From: a virus
Virus record (IMG/VR): IMGVR_UViG_3300009639_000001
Span: 1-61,813 of that record
Length of the DNA: 61,813 nucleotides
Direction: 5' to 3' (one strand)
Below are positions 48,334-57,173 of the stretch, in pieces; the first letter of the stretch is position 1; every line of letters begins with the position of its first letter. The notes below the pieces were generated by a model. The model saw only the letters and a list, made by a program, of their open reading frames with translations, had not been told where the DNA came from and did not search any database. A program made the translations under genes and the position numbers.

Positions 48334-48459
48334 GTGTCCTTGCTGTCCCTCTCGTCCTCTATGTCCTTCACGTCCCCGACATCCTCGACATCCTCGACGT
48401 CCTCAGTGTCCTCGACGTCCTCGACGTCCCCGGTGTCCTCGCTGTCCTCATTATCCCTA
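48334..48459. repeat. 14 tandem 9-bp iterons (consensus ACGTCCTCG)
   Basis: gtgtccttg ctgtccctc tcgtcctct atgtccttc acgtccccg acatcctcg acatcctcg acgtcctca gtgtcctcg acgtcctcg acgtccccg gtgtcctcg ctgtcctca ttatcccta. Confidence 0.9.
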
Positions 48460-48506
48460 TATATAAGGGTTTAGGAGGTACAAATGCCTTAAAACAGGGC
48501 TTTGGA

Positions 48507-48773
48507 GCGAGGACGCGAGGACATAGAGCGGGGACGCCTAAAACGGGAACAATCCAGCATTTATGCGGGTTTGAGGGTTGCCGGGGACGTCGGGGACACC
48601 GCGCCCGTCAAAGGCCATTTTTTGGGGTTTTTTTAGATTAATTTTTTGATGCCAAATCGCGAAAACCCAGTAAATACGCCATTTGTTAATTTTTTAGCGA
48701 GGACATCAGCGAGGACGTTTGCGGGGACATTTGCGAGGACATGTCCTCGTTTTGATGTCCTCGTTTTGTCGAT
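48507..48773. promoter_or_regulatory. Inverted-orientation iterons (CGAGGAC/CGGGGAC) plus AT-rich tracts: putative replication origin
   Basis: Nine CGRGGAC copies, four at 12-bp phasing (48697, 48709, 48721, 48733). Palindrome cgaggacatgtcctcg (48734-48749) and two more gtcctcgtttt copies. AT-rich tract at 48612-48655. Confidence 0.65.
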
Positions 48774-48784
48774 ATTTGCGAACG

Positions 48785-50734
48785 TCAAAAAGGTTCTGTT
48801 TTTGGCTTTGCTTTATAAGTTGCATGCGGTCCTAATAATAATTCTCCACTATCTAACATTCTTTTCATTATTTTACGAACTGTATTTCTATTTTTCCCAA
48901 GTTCACTTCCAACTTCTGCAGGTGTTAATCCATCAGAATTAGCTCGCAGCAAATCAATAATATTTTGTTGTTCATAAGTTCTTTTAACTTCTTGCGCCGT
49001 CCCAATCAAAGTCCATCCCATAGTTTTATCATCTTTCTTCAACGCGAGTTCCTGCTCGTCTACATCCCTCCCTGTAATTTTCAGTACAGCATCCCCAACC
49101 ATTCTCGCCCGATCCAACACCGCGATGGTATCTGCTGCTCCGGTTATGCCGGAAGATCCGCTCACGGTTTGCACGAAATCGCCGTCAGGTGCTTTTTTCA
49201 AATGGTGCACTAGTATAATTCCAATCACCATTTTGTCTGCCAACTGTTTAATCTCAGCAGCTGCCAAGTAATCCGCCGAATATGCATTTTCGCTGCTCGT
49301 AGCTCCCCGCCGGAATAACTGGAACGTATCTATGACGACTAACTTCGCGCCGGTATCTAGAATATGCTGTTCCAGTTCTTGCAGGCCCCCATCATCAGCT
49401 CGTGGAATAGTCCGAAGCAAATATAGGTTATCGGGTTGTTTCGCGCCCGCTGCCAGAAGTTCGAGCCTGGATTTAAGCCGACGTTTTGTATCTTCCAGTC
49501 CAAGATAGATTGCTGGCCGGGAATCCAGTTTGATTTTCCCCATCGCACTCCCGCCATAAGCGACCGCCAGTGCCAAGGACAACGCGAGCCACGACTTACC
49601 AACTTTGGGACGGCCACACAAAAATGTCAGGCCGGTCGGCACGATCCCTGGGATAATCCATACGGGTTCTGGGATATCTTCTTGGGATAACTGCGCAGCG
49701 GATTGCAGGGATGTCTTCTGTTTTATTGGCTCTCCTGTTTTCCGGCATAATGACCATGGATTTTTTACTCCGCAACCGGACGCCGGACAGCCTGCAAAAC
49801 CGAGGGACCGGATAAATTCACAAGATTGCGGTGCAGGATTGCTCCTGGCGTGAATATATTTCTTATCCGTTTCTCTGACCGAATAACGATCATATGTAAT
49901 TGATATTTCGTGACACGCTGTTAATCCATCCGAACACCTTGAAATATTTGTCATCATCGCGTACCAATATGGTTCTGATAATGTTTTTGCATGATCATAG
50001 CAGTGTTTTATGAAAGAACATTTATTGAGGAGTTCTGTTGCAGGTCCATCTCCTGGGCGTTGCTCAAATAATTTAACGCATGTTTTAGTAAATTCCTTAT
50101 CAGTCGATTCCGGTAAAACAGAATCAAAGTCATCGGGATTATAACGAATACTCGAAGAATGAATGATTTTAACCGGAACCGGTTCGAACTTATAGTTTGT
50201 TGTGCCGGGAATTCTGAGTATCCGACATAGATCCGCTGTTTTATCGAATTTCCAGTTATATTTAAGTCCCCGATTATAAAAATACTGTTGAAATCGGTGC
50301 AGTAGATCCGCTGCTCTCATGCGTTCTTCTGGCTCAGATATATCCCATATTTCTTTGAATAACCAATAGCCATGTAATCCATGGCCTGAGTCCACGAGTA
50401 TAGATGGTAAAAATTGATCTTCACGGAGGAAATCAATGATGTTTTTTAGCGTTTCCGGTACATTATTTTTCGTAGGTGACTTTCGGTCAAAGTCAAACCA
50501 GAACCCAGGGATAAATGAAACCGTGTCGTTTGTTGTGCGACCGGTTGATTTTTTCTCTTTGGCAAGTCCTACTCCGAAGTAGATGTCTTTTTTTTGCTTG
50601 GCTAATTTAGTAATCGTGTTGCAAATTGCCGGTAAATTATTCACCGGCAACCACACTGTTTTTCCATCTTGAAGCGTCCAGATTGTTATAAATCCTTCAA
50701 CTTCAGCATATAAATCCTGTAAAAATTCGATCAT
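48785..50734 (-). CDS. Replicase: prim-pol-like N-terminus fused to a RepA/DnaB-like (AAA_25) ATPase and a C-terminal wHTH
   Basis: Walker A GRPKVGKS; Walker B VVIDTF; N-terminal primase-polymerase-like region; adjacent iterons. Confidence 0.8.
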   Translation of the reverse strand: MIEFLQDLYAEVEGFITIWTLQDGKTVWLPVNNLPAICNTITKLAKQKKDIYFGVGLAKEKKSTGRTTNDTVSFIPGFWFDFDRKSPTKNNVPETLKNIIDFLREDQFLPSILVDSGHGLHGYWLFKEIWDISEPEERMRAADLLHRFQQYFYNRGLKYNWKFDKTADLCRILRIPGTTNYKFEPVPVKIIHSSSIRYNPDDFDSVLPESTDKEFTKTCVKLFEQRPGDGPATELLNKCSFIKHCYDHAKTLSEPYWYAMMTNISRCSDGLTACHEISITYDRYSVRETDKKYIHARSNPAPQSCEFIRSLGFAGCPASGCGVKNPWSLCRKTGEPIKQKTSLQSAAQLSQEDIPEPVWIIPGIVPTGLTFLCGRPKVGKSWLALSLALAVAYGGSAMGKIKLDSRPAIYLGLEDTKRRLKSRLELLAAGAKQPDNLYLLRTIPRADDGGLQELEQHILDTGAKLVVIDTFQLFRRGATSSENAYSADYLAAAEIKQLADKMVIGIILVHHLKKAPDGDFVQTVSGSSGITGAADTIAVLDRARMVGDAVLKITGRDVDEQELALKKDDKTMGWTLIGTAQEVKRTYEQQNIIDLLRANSDGLTPAEVGSELGKNRNTVRKIMKRMLDSGELLLGPHATYKAKPKTEPF

Positions 50735-50743
50735 TTCGCACCC

Positions 50744-50929
50744 TCATTTTTTGGGTTTACATTTTGGATAGCACTCCCACCAATATTCATCTTCATGATT
50801 CATTATCGTTAATTGTTTCGGTTGTGGCGGTTTCAGTGGCTCTAGGCCGTGTTTTAACAGCAATGCAATGATTAGTTCCTGCGCTCCTTCAAAAGTAGCG
50901 CTGAATACCCTGCAAGGAAATATAATCAT
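50744..50929 (-). CDS. Hypothetical small protein
   Basis: 61-aa ORF. Confidence 0.35.
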   Translation of the reverse strand: MIIFPCRVFSATFEGAQELIIALLLKHGLEPLKPPQPKQLTIMNHEDEYWWECYPKCKPKK

Positions 50930-51411
50930 GATGGCCCCAATACGATCTCAATAGCTTGTTCCACGGATCGCGCGACACCAGCTCGACATCCACGGTTTTC
51001 CATTAGTTGCAGGAAATTAAGCTGCTCCGGTTTTACTCTGCCGGTCGCGGTTTTCACTTCGATAAATGCAGCAGTTCCTATAGTTGTCCCAACCATTTCC
51101 GGCGTGATAATTACCGGCACTACACAAAAAATATCTGAAAATCCCGGCGGTAATCCGCTGTCAAATGGCCGAGCTGCGGAAATATATAATCCGCCGTTTT
51201 CTGTATGTTTAATATCGTTGCCGGTCCATGCTCGGCCAACATTGACACGAAATACCGGGACTTGCCCTCTCGATTGGATCGATATCTGGTTCTTCATTTC
51301 GCGCATTAAATCGGCTTCTCGCAACTGTTTCTCCCTCCATGCATTTTTGACATATATCATCATTTGTTTGCCGGCAGTTTTCGCAAAGGTCCATTTAATT
51401 GTCAAACCCAA
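50926..51411 (-). CDS. VRR-NUC domain nuclease
   Basis: GFSDIFCVVP...AFIEVKTATGRVKPEQLNFL... (PD-(D/E)xK core of VRR-NUC). Confidence 0.7.
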   Translation of the reverse strand: MGLTIKWTFAKTAGKQMMIYVKNAWREKQLREADLMREMKNQISIQSRGQVPVFRVNVGRAWTGNDIKHTENGGLYISAARPFDSGLPPGFSDIFCVVPVIITPEMVGTTIGTAAFIEVKTATGRVKPEQLNFLQLMENRGCRAGVARSVEQAIEIVLGPS

Positions 51412-52009
51412 AAATTATTCTTACATTTTCGGGAAAGCCAAGTTCTTGTAATTTTGGAATACATTCATCAATGAATTTTCCAACGCTCCAACTATAAGGA
51501 ACTGTCCAAGTTATATGAGTATAATAATAAAATCCATCTTGTTTTTCATAACTACCATCGATAATTAAATCCATTATTTCAGGTAAAACATTTTCAATCA
51601 TTTTTCCACAAATATTATTTGGCCATGAACTAGGATAACCTTGTTGTTTAAATTTAGTATATTGTTCTTCATTAACAATTCCATAATGAATAGTTACTTG
51701 ATCCCAATCAAATGATAATAATTCGGCTAGTGTTATATAAGAAATACTATGATAAAACTCTTCTTCATCATTTAATTCTTTAATAACTTCAATTGATGCA
51801 TTATTTGGTAATCCTCGATTATTAGAAATACTATTGAATCCTGTTCCTGTAATAACTCCAGCAAAACCAGAACCATTACGAACATTACCAAGGATAGCGA
51901 ATAAATCATAATTTCGACCATGATACAACCAAAATAAATTATTATTTTTTTCAACTACTTGCCATTTATCATCAATACAATTTTCCACACAAATATGGAT
52001 ATCTGTTCC
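51395..52009 (-). CDS. Hypothetical protein
   Basis: Start at MGTDIHICVE (52007-52009), just after the helicase stop. Confidence 0.5.
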   Translation of the reverse strand, partial: GTDIHICVENCIDDKWQVVEKNNNLFWLYHGRNYDLFAILGNVRNGSGFAGVITGTGFNSISNNRGLPNNASIEVIKELNDEEEFYHSISYITLAELLSFDWDQVTIHYGIVNEEQYTKFKQQGYPSSWPNNICGKMIENVLPEIMDLIIDGSYEKQDGFYYYTHITWTVPYSWSVGKFIDECIPKLQELGFPENVRIIFGFDN

Positions 52010-52011
52010 CA

Positions 52012-54213
52012 TTATTTCATCCCTTTCAATGATATTAATCGATCCCATTCCTGGTTTAGTTCTTTCCAACTAAAACGGATTTTTTTTGACTCACACGTAA
52101 ATTTTACCCATCCTTTAGCATACTTACGCTCGAACGCAATTGCAGTTATTTCATTTTGTGTCCGGCACATTCCCACTTCCATCCGTTTTTGTTTTTTTTC
52201 AATAACTGTCAGTTCTTTGAGTTCTCCAGCCTGTTCAGCCAATTGCCGGATCGTTACCGGATAAACATAGCCACAATACGGACAAACATCTGAGGGTTTA
52301 TGGCAACTGTAACATTGCAGGCATTGCCGCAAAGATATCAATGATGGATCTGACTTTTTGTGTTTTTTTATACCTTCGAGACTCCATTCTTGTATATCCG
52401 TAGGCAATCCATGCCGAAATACATTTCCTACAGCATCAATTATGATCGCTGTTTTTCCCAGTCCCGGCCTCATACTCCGCATACTCTGTTGAGTATGGAG
52501 AACCAGCGATTGTGTCGGCCTTAACAAAATTACTACCTCTACATTCGGTAGGTTTAAGCCCTCACCGAATAACTGAACGTTTGACATTATTGTAAGCGTA
52601 CCAGATTTAAACTCGGCTATGGCCTTCCTACGCTCATCTGCTGAGGTTTCACCGTCTACATGCTTGGCTTTATATCCTGCTTCAATAAAACTATCTACTG
52701 TATTCTTACTATGTTGAATACTTGCACAATAAATAATCGCCTGTTTTCCTTCAGCTAATGTTTTATAATGTTGAATTGCTTGACCTGTTATAACCGGTTT
52801 ATCTACTCGGATAGCAATTTCTTTTTGATCATAATCACCCATTTTTATTTTTACACCTTCTAAATCCAATGAAATAGGTGGTGCATAATACTTATAAGGT
52901 GCAAGAAACCCCTGCTCGATTAATTCTGATACCGAAGGACCAATGATTAGCTTATCGCAAATCTCAGATAATCCGTTACCATTTGTTCGAGCAGGAGTTG
53001 CTGTTAATCCGACTAAATATGCTTTTGGGAAATAGTTGAATATTTTTCTCCATGTGTTAGCGACTCCGTGATGACAATTATGGACAGCTATTCCGTTTGC
53101 AATGTAATTGTTATAGGTTTCAACTTCAACATTGTAGACATAACTGTCTTGACACACCCCATTAAATCCTGCATTACTTCTTTGTTGGTAAATCTTAATA
53201 CTATCCACCCTAGCGATTGCAAGAAATTCGTTTTCTTCCTGTCTTGTGCTTGACGATTTAATGAATTGTGCGAACCGCCGTCTACCTCGATAGCAATTTT
53301 TAAATTTAGATTTGCAATGTCTACTTTGTAACAAGGTGGATATCCACTGCCTCGTTTTTGTTTTGTTACGATAGCAAATTCTGTTTCCCAACCTAAAGTT
53401 TCTCCAAGTAGTTTCTGCGGTACGGTTAAACCATGACCATTTCCACCTTGAATACATGGTTTGAAATTCATCTTTCGAAGTGTAGCTATTGACTTTTCTT
53501 TTATCCCTGGCATCCACATAGGATTTTTTTCTTTCATTCTTTTTGAAGCTTCTTTTTGATTTCTTATTACCATATCTAATCGATAACATACTTGACATCT
53601 TTGAGCTTTTTTTGTTTTCATTTCTTTTCCACATTTTGGGCAAATAAACATATATTGAATCACCTGCTTTTATTTCACCGGCTCTCCGCCATCCATCTGG
53701 TGTAAATATTGGATGATTAATCGTACAATTTATTTCTCGATCATCAACTGATAATAAAATCAATTTATCTGGCAAAGGATTTTTGAATAAATTAATTACT
53801 TTTGATTGTTTAATTTCACCTGTTAATTCATTAAAACATGGAACCATATCGCCTACTTTTAATTGTTCTATTGACACATTACCAATCATAGTTCCAGCAA
53901 CAAAACATTCATCACAAATGATAATATCCGGTGGAACTGTTTTATCTAGTCTTCTCACTATTGTTTGAGTCATTGCAAGCTGAATATATGGGTGTTTCCT
54001 GCCGATATCTTCTTGGATCTGTTCTAGTAATTCAATTCGATGAATTAAAAATAGAACTTTATTTCCTCTATCAGCTGCCATATTTGCCATATATGCAATC
54101 ATGGTTCCTTTACCAGCTCCACAAGGCGCTACATAACATACTTTTCTAATATCAGAATTAAATGCTGCACGAATTTCATTAATACCATTAATTTGATAAT
54201 CACGCATTTCCAT
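52012..54213 (-). CDS. SF2 DExH-box helicase interrupted by an intein
   Basis: Motif I APCGAGKGT; motif II split as IIICDE | intein | CHHGVANTW; motif III LTATP; C-terminal Zn-ribbon. Confidence 0.85.
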   Translation of the reverse strand: MEMRDYQINGINEIRAAFNSDIRKVCYVAPCGAGKGTMIAYMANMAADRGNKVLFLIHRIELLEQIQEDIGRKHPYIQLAMTQTIVRRLDKTVPPDIIICDECFVAGTMIGNVSIEQLKVGDMVPCFNELTGEIKQSKVINLFKNPLPDKLILLSVDDREINCTINHPIFTPDGWRRAGEIKAGDSIYVYLPKMWKRNENKKSSKMSSMLSIRYGNKKSKRSFKKNERKKSYVDARDKRKVNSYTSKDEFQTMYSRWKWSWFNRTAETTWRNFRLGNRICYRNKTKTRQWISTLLQSRHCKSKFKNCYRGRRRFAQFIKSSSTRQEENEFLAIARVDSIKIYQQRSNAGFNGVCQDSYVYNVEVETYNNYIANGIAVHNCHHGVANTWRKIFNYFPKAYLVGLTATPARTNGNGLSEICDKLIIGPSVSELIEQGFLAPYKYYAPPISLDLEGVKIKMGDYDQKEIAIRVDKPVITGQAIQHYKTLAEGKQAIIYCASIQHSKNTVDSFIEAGYKAKHVDGETSADERRKAIAEFKSGTLTIMSNVQLFGEGLNLPNVEVVILLRPTQSLVLHTQQSMRSMRPGLGKTAIIIDAVGNVFRHGLPTDIQEWSLEGIKKHKKSDPSLISLRQCLQCYSCHKPSDVCPYCGYVYPVTIRQLAEQAGELKELTVIEKKQKRMEVGMCRTQNEITAIAFERKYAKGWVKFTCESKKIRFSWKELNQEWDRLISLKGMK
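53077..53907 (-). mobile_element. Intein (277 codons) inserted in helicase motif II
   Basis: Starts CFVAGT (block A), TINHPIF (block B), ends VYNVEVETYNNYIANGIAVHN followed by +1 Cys. Confidence 0.8.
53088..53651 (-). CDS. Vsr/DUF559-like (PD-(D/E)xK) endonuclease nested in the intein in a different frame
   Basis: AGGTGA 8 nt before the ATG at 53649-53651; Zn-ribbon CPKCG...CQVC; YKVDIANLNLKIAIEVDGGSHN...DRKK...GWIVLRFTNKEV. Confidence 0.7.
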   Translation of the reverse strand: MFICPKCGKEMKTKKAQRCQVCYRLDMVIRNQKEASKRMKEKNPMWMPGIKEKSIATLRKMNFKPCIQGGNGHGLTVPQKLLGETLGWETEFAIVTKQKRGSGYPPCYKVDIANLNLKIAIEVDGGSHNSLNRQAQDRKKTNFLQSLGWIVLRFTNKEVMQDLMGCVKTVMSTMLKLKPITITLQTE

Positions 54214-54659
54214 TAGAATATTTTAAAATCAGCAGGTAATGGAGATGTTGGATTTTCAATAATTTCCTTAAAGTTATAGAACGTTCCGCCAGTCGAACCG
54301 GCAACTACTTTCATATTGATTGTTTTGCCAACAATGTAAGCCATTGACTCTGCTATTTTGTCACTGTTGCAAGGTAATTGAAGCGATTTAAAATAGTTTT
54401 GCATTTTCCTGATGTTTTTTTTATTTTCGTCGGTATCTTCGGTAATGGAAAATTTGCAATGGATACCAACATAACTACCCTTTTCATTACCATCCAATAA
54501 TAGAAGATTCCATTCAACTTTATTTTCACCGTTTGCAGTTGTGCCATAAGCACATTTTGTAACTTTCGCAGTATATTCCCCAGGATTCAGATCTTTCACG
54601 AAATTTACAAGTGGTTTCTCTGCTTCGCTATTGAAAAAATCTTTAACTTTAATATTCAT
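54213..54659 (-). CDS. DUF669-like phage protein (possible ssDNA-binding role)
   Basis: 148 aa between the exonuclease and helicase genes; weak motif recollection. Confidence 0.35.
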   Translation of the reverse strand: MNIKVKDFFNSEAEKPLVNFVKDLNPGEYTAKVTKCAYGTTANGENKVEWNLLLLDGNEKGSYVGIHCKFSITEDTDENKKNIRKMQNYFKSLQLPCNSDKIAESMAYIVGKTINMKVVAGSTGGTFYNFKEIIENPTSPLPADFKIF

Positions 54660-54679
54660 TTTAAAATCATCCTTTTTAT

Positions 54680-55489
54680 TTAAGTTGGTATTAATTCCGT
54701 ATATGATATTATCTTGTCTATCACTTTAGTCGACCGGCAATATTTGCATAACTCGCATCTTTTTGGTGAAATGGAACCGGATTTTACTTGCAGGATATGC
54801 GGAATATTTTGTTCGACTTTTAAAAGTTCTGCCTTTAAACGTTCCGAATCATTTAATTTTATTATCTGAAGATCTGGAGAATCTTCCTTTGTAACTACAA
54901 CCATAATTGGATCTAATCCATGTTTACGTCCAGAAGCAATGCGTTCCATTTCCTGGTATAATGCAAACTGAATAAAATAATCATATTTTTCTATAAAGGA
55001 TACTCTAATATTTTTACCTTCCTGTTCAATCCAACATGGATCATGTATAGATTTGGCGGTTTTCAAGTCTACAAACCAGCCATTTACTGTATTCAAAGAA
55101 TCGATCTTACCTTTCCAGAGGGTTCCAAACATTTCCGCGATAATGGGGACTTCCTTTTCTCCTGCAAGCACAAATCGGGCATACTTGGATCGTTCTAGTG
55201 TTTCAATCATTTCATCGCATTTTTTAAAACCAGCTTTTAACTCGCCTTTAGTTGGCCCCTTTGATGAAATAATTTCAGGATGTTTCGCGATAAATTCCGG
55301 CAATTTCCCCTCATTCCAAGCATGTACATAATTGCCTTCCAAGAAAGCATCTTTTTCTTCACGTTCATATACTCCTGAAAGTTCCGCCAAAGTCCTGGCT
55401 TCGCAATCAAGGAATGATTTATATTGAGACACAGAAAGATATTTTTTATTTGCTTCAAGAGAATGATAATTTTCGGCAGTTAAATGCAT
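54680..55489 (-). CDS. PD-(D/E)xK exonuclease, Cas4/RecB-like, with a C-terminal Cys cluster
   Basis: GKIDSL...VDLKTAKS core; C-terminal CELCKYC. Confidence 0.65.
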   Translation of the reverse strand: MHLTAENYHSLEANKKYLSVSQYKSFLDCEARTLAELSGVYEREEKDAFLEGNYVHAWNEGKLPEFIAKHPEIISSKGPTKGELKAGFKKCDEMIETLERSKYARFVLAGEKEVPIIAEMFGTLWKGKIDSLNTVNGWFVDLKTAKSIHDPCWIEQEGKNIRVSFIEKYDYFIQFALYQEMERIASGRKHGLDPIMVVVTKEDSPDLQIIKLNDSERLKAELLKVEQNIPHILQVKSGSISPKRCELCKYCRSTKVIDKIISYTELIPT

Positions 55490-55588
55490 TTATCATCATC
55501 CCCTTTTAAAAATATCCAGTAAATAATTAAGCCAAGAAAAAAAACTGAAAAAATTCCGATTAAACAGCCGATAATATATTCCATTTCA

Positions 55589-56131
55589 TCACTTCCCATC
55601 TAAATAAGTAGATGATTGATCAGCGATTTGCAGAGCTAACACTAATGACCACTTTTTCATTGCCTTGTTTAATGCTTGTCGATCAGCATAATCTGTAGCT
55701 CCCCAGGCTCCCATATGCCAGCGAATGGCCATCATTTCATCTATTGATAATCGAATAAATATTTGCGACAAAATTACTGATTTTTCACCATGACCTAATG
55801 GAACATGATCATCAATAGTATAATGAGATTGTTTTTCCCATTTGCCGGTTTCTTCATTTTTCACATTTCGATAACTGATGATATAAAAATCAGCTTTGCA
55901 AATATCATGAAGTAATGCAGCAATGATCATTGAATTATTGTCATATTGAATTATTTTTATTAAATTGTCGTAAACTGCTAAAGAATGTTCCAGTAAACCC
56001 ATGGGTTGCGCACCATGAAATTTAGAACTTGCAGGAGCTGTAAAAAAATCGGTGGTTTCCAACCATTCAATCAATTTTTCTATTCCAATGCGTTCCGTTG
56101 ATTTTAATAATTCAATAAATCTATTTTTCAT
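55589..56131 (-). CDS. HD-domain phosphohydrolase
   Basis: H...ALLHDICK...H pattern. Confidence 0.7.
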   Translation of the reverse strand: MKNRFIELLKSTERIGIEKLIEWLETTDFFTAPASSKFHGAQPMGLLEHSLAVYDNLIKIIQYDNNSMIIAALLHDICKADFYIISYRNVKNEETGKWEKQSHYTIDDHVPLGHGEKSVILSQIFIRLSIDEMMAIRWHMGAWGATDYADRQALNKAMKKWSLVLALQIADQSSTYLDGK

Positions 56132-56753
56132 TAGCAGCCTCCCATGCAATTTCAGCTTTAGTTTTTTCGACGGTAGGAGTTACATCTATAAATTCCTGTC
56201 GTTCTTCAGATGAATGGATTCCCATCGTTAACTCAGGTGCATATGTACGGATCAGGAAAGCAGCTGCTCGATACTGGAGCATTAACTCAGGCATAGTTTT
56301 CCACTTGTTGCCGGGTTTTGTTGCCCATCCTTCTTCCTTGGCCATCTTAATAGAAACTTTTGTTCCTTTTAGCAAATCGCCAGTTCTGATTTCGGTAAAA
56401 TAGGCCCTGCACGACCAGTCATCTTGTCCTTCGGTGCCTGACCATTCATAACGAATAGGCGTGAACTTACCGCAATCATTCGCAATCGCAATCATAAATT
56501 TACTTGACCAGGATGGTTTGCCTTGAATAAAATCCATATTTTGCATAACCATCATGGCATTACAGCCCACGCGATTGGCATATTCGAGAGCTAGAAAGCA
56601 GTTTGCCGGTTCGTTGCGATAAACCGCCGGGATAATTGTAGATTTTGATAAGAATTCAGCGAATTTCATTATGTTTCCATCTTCCGGTAAAACCATAGGA
56701 GTTTCTGGAGCGACTACAATATCTTTTTTATCTTCAGAAAATATATCTGTCAT
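56121..56753 (-). CDS. recT: RecT-like single-strand annealing protein
   Basis: Family-like C-terminal segment KWKTMPELMLQYRAAAFLIRTYAPE; neighbours are an exonuclease and an SSB-like gene. Confidence 0.55.
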   Translation of the reverse strand: MTDIFSEDKKDIVVAPETPMVLPEDGNIMKFAEFLSKSTIIPAVYRNEPANCFLALEYANRVGCNAMMVMQNMDFIQGKPSWSSKFMIAIANDCGKFTPIRYEWSGTEGQDDWSCRAYFTEIRTGDLLKGTKVSIKMAKEEGWATKPGNKWKTMPELMLQYRAAAFLIRTYAPELTMGIHSSEERQEFIDVTPTVEKTKAEIAWEAANEK

Positions 56754-56977
56754 TTTTGCTCCTTTGCAGGCATAACGATCATCTTGAAATCGTGTACGAT
56801 ATCAAGTAATAAATAACCAAGTTTAAGATGCTGGCTAATAGCTTCATCAATTTTATTTTCGATACTTATCAAATCATATTCAGACATATCTTTTAAAACT
56901 CTACGATCTGGAGGTAATAATTTTGATAATATATCGGCCATAGTTGGATTAATATTATTCATTTTCCATCTCCTCAA
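56750..56977 (-). CDS. Hypothetical protein
   Basis: 75-aa ORF, overlapping starts and stops. Confidence 0.4.
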   Translation of the reverse strand: MRRWKMNNINPTMADILSKLLPPDRRVLKDMSEYDLISIENKIDEAISQHLKLGYLLLDIVHDFKMIVMPAKEQK

Positions 56978-57137
56978 TATGTTCTTTAATCGCTTGAATC
57001 ATCCCATTGGTATTATCTGAATTGTCTCTTTCAAAACAATGTATTAACCCTTGAAGATCTTTTTTTGACAATATTCGTAGTAATGGACTATGAAATTTCA
57101 CATAATTGTAACCACTTATAAAGTCATTGCTTTCCAT
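56955..57137 (-). CDS. Hypothetical protein
   Basis: 60-aa ORF. Confidence 0.35.
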   Translation of the reverse strand: MESNDFISGYNYVKFHSPLLRILSKKDLQGLIHCFERDNSDNTNGMIQAIKEHIEEMENE

Positions 57138-57173
57138 ATCGAGCCCCCTTTGATATAATTGGGTTGAAGAGTT

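Noticed and set aside
48267-48942. Two long plus-strand track ORFs (124 aa and 98 aa) with VLDVLD-type repeats
   Set aside because: They are read-throughs of the 9-bp (three-codon) iteron array and the inverted CGAGGAC copies. They have no SD, an implausible composition and lie in the origin region.
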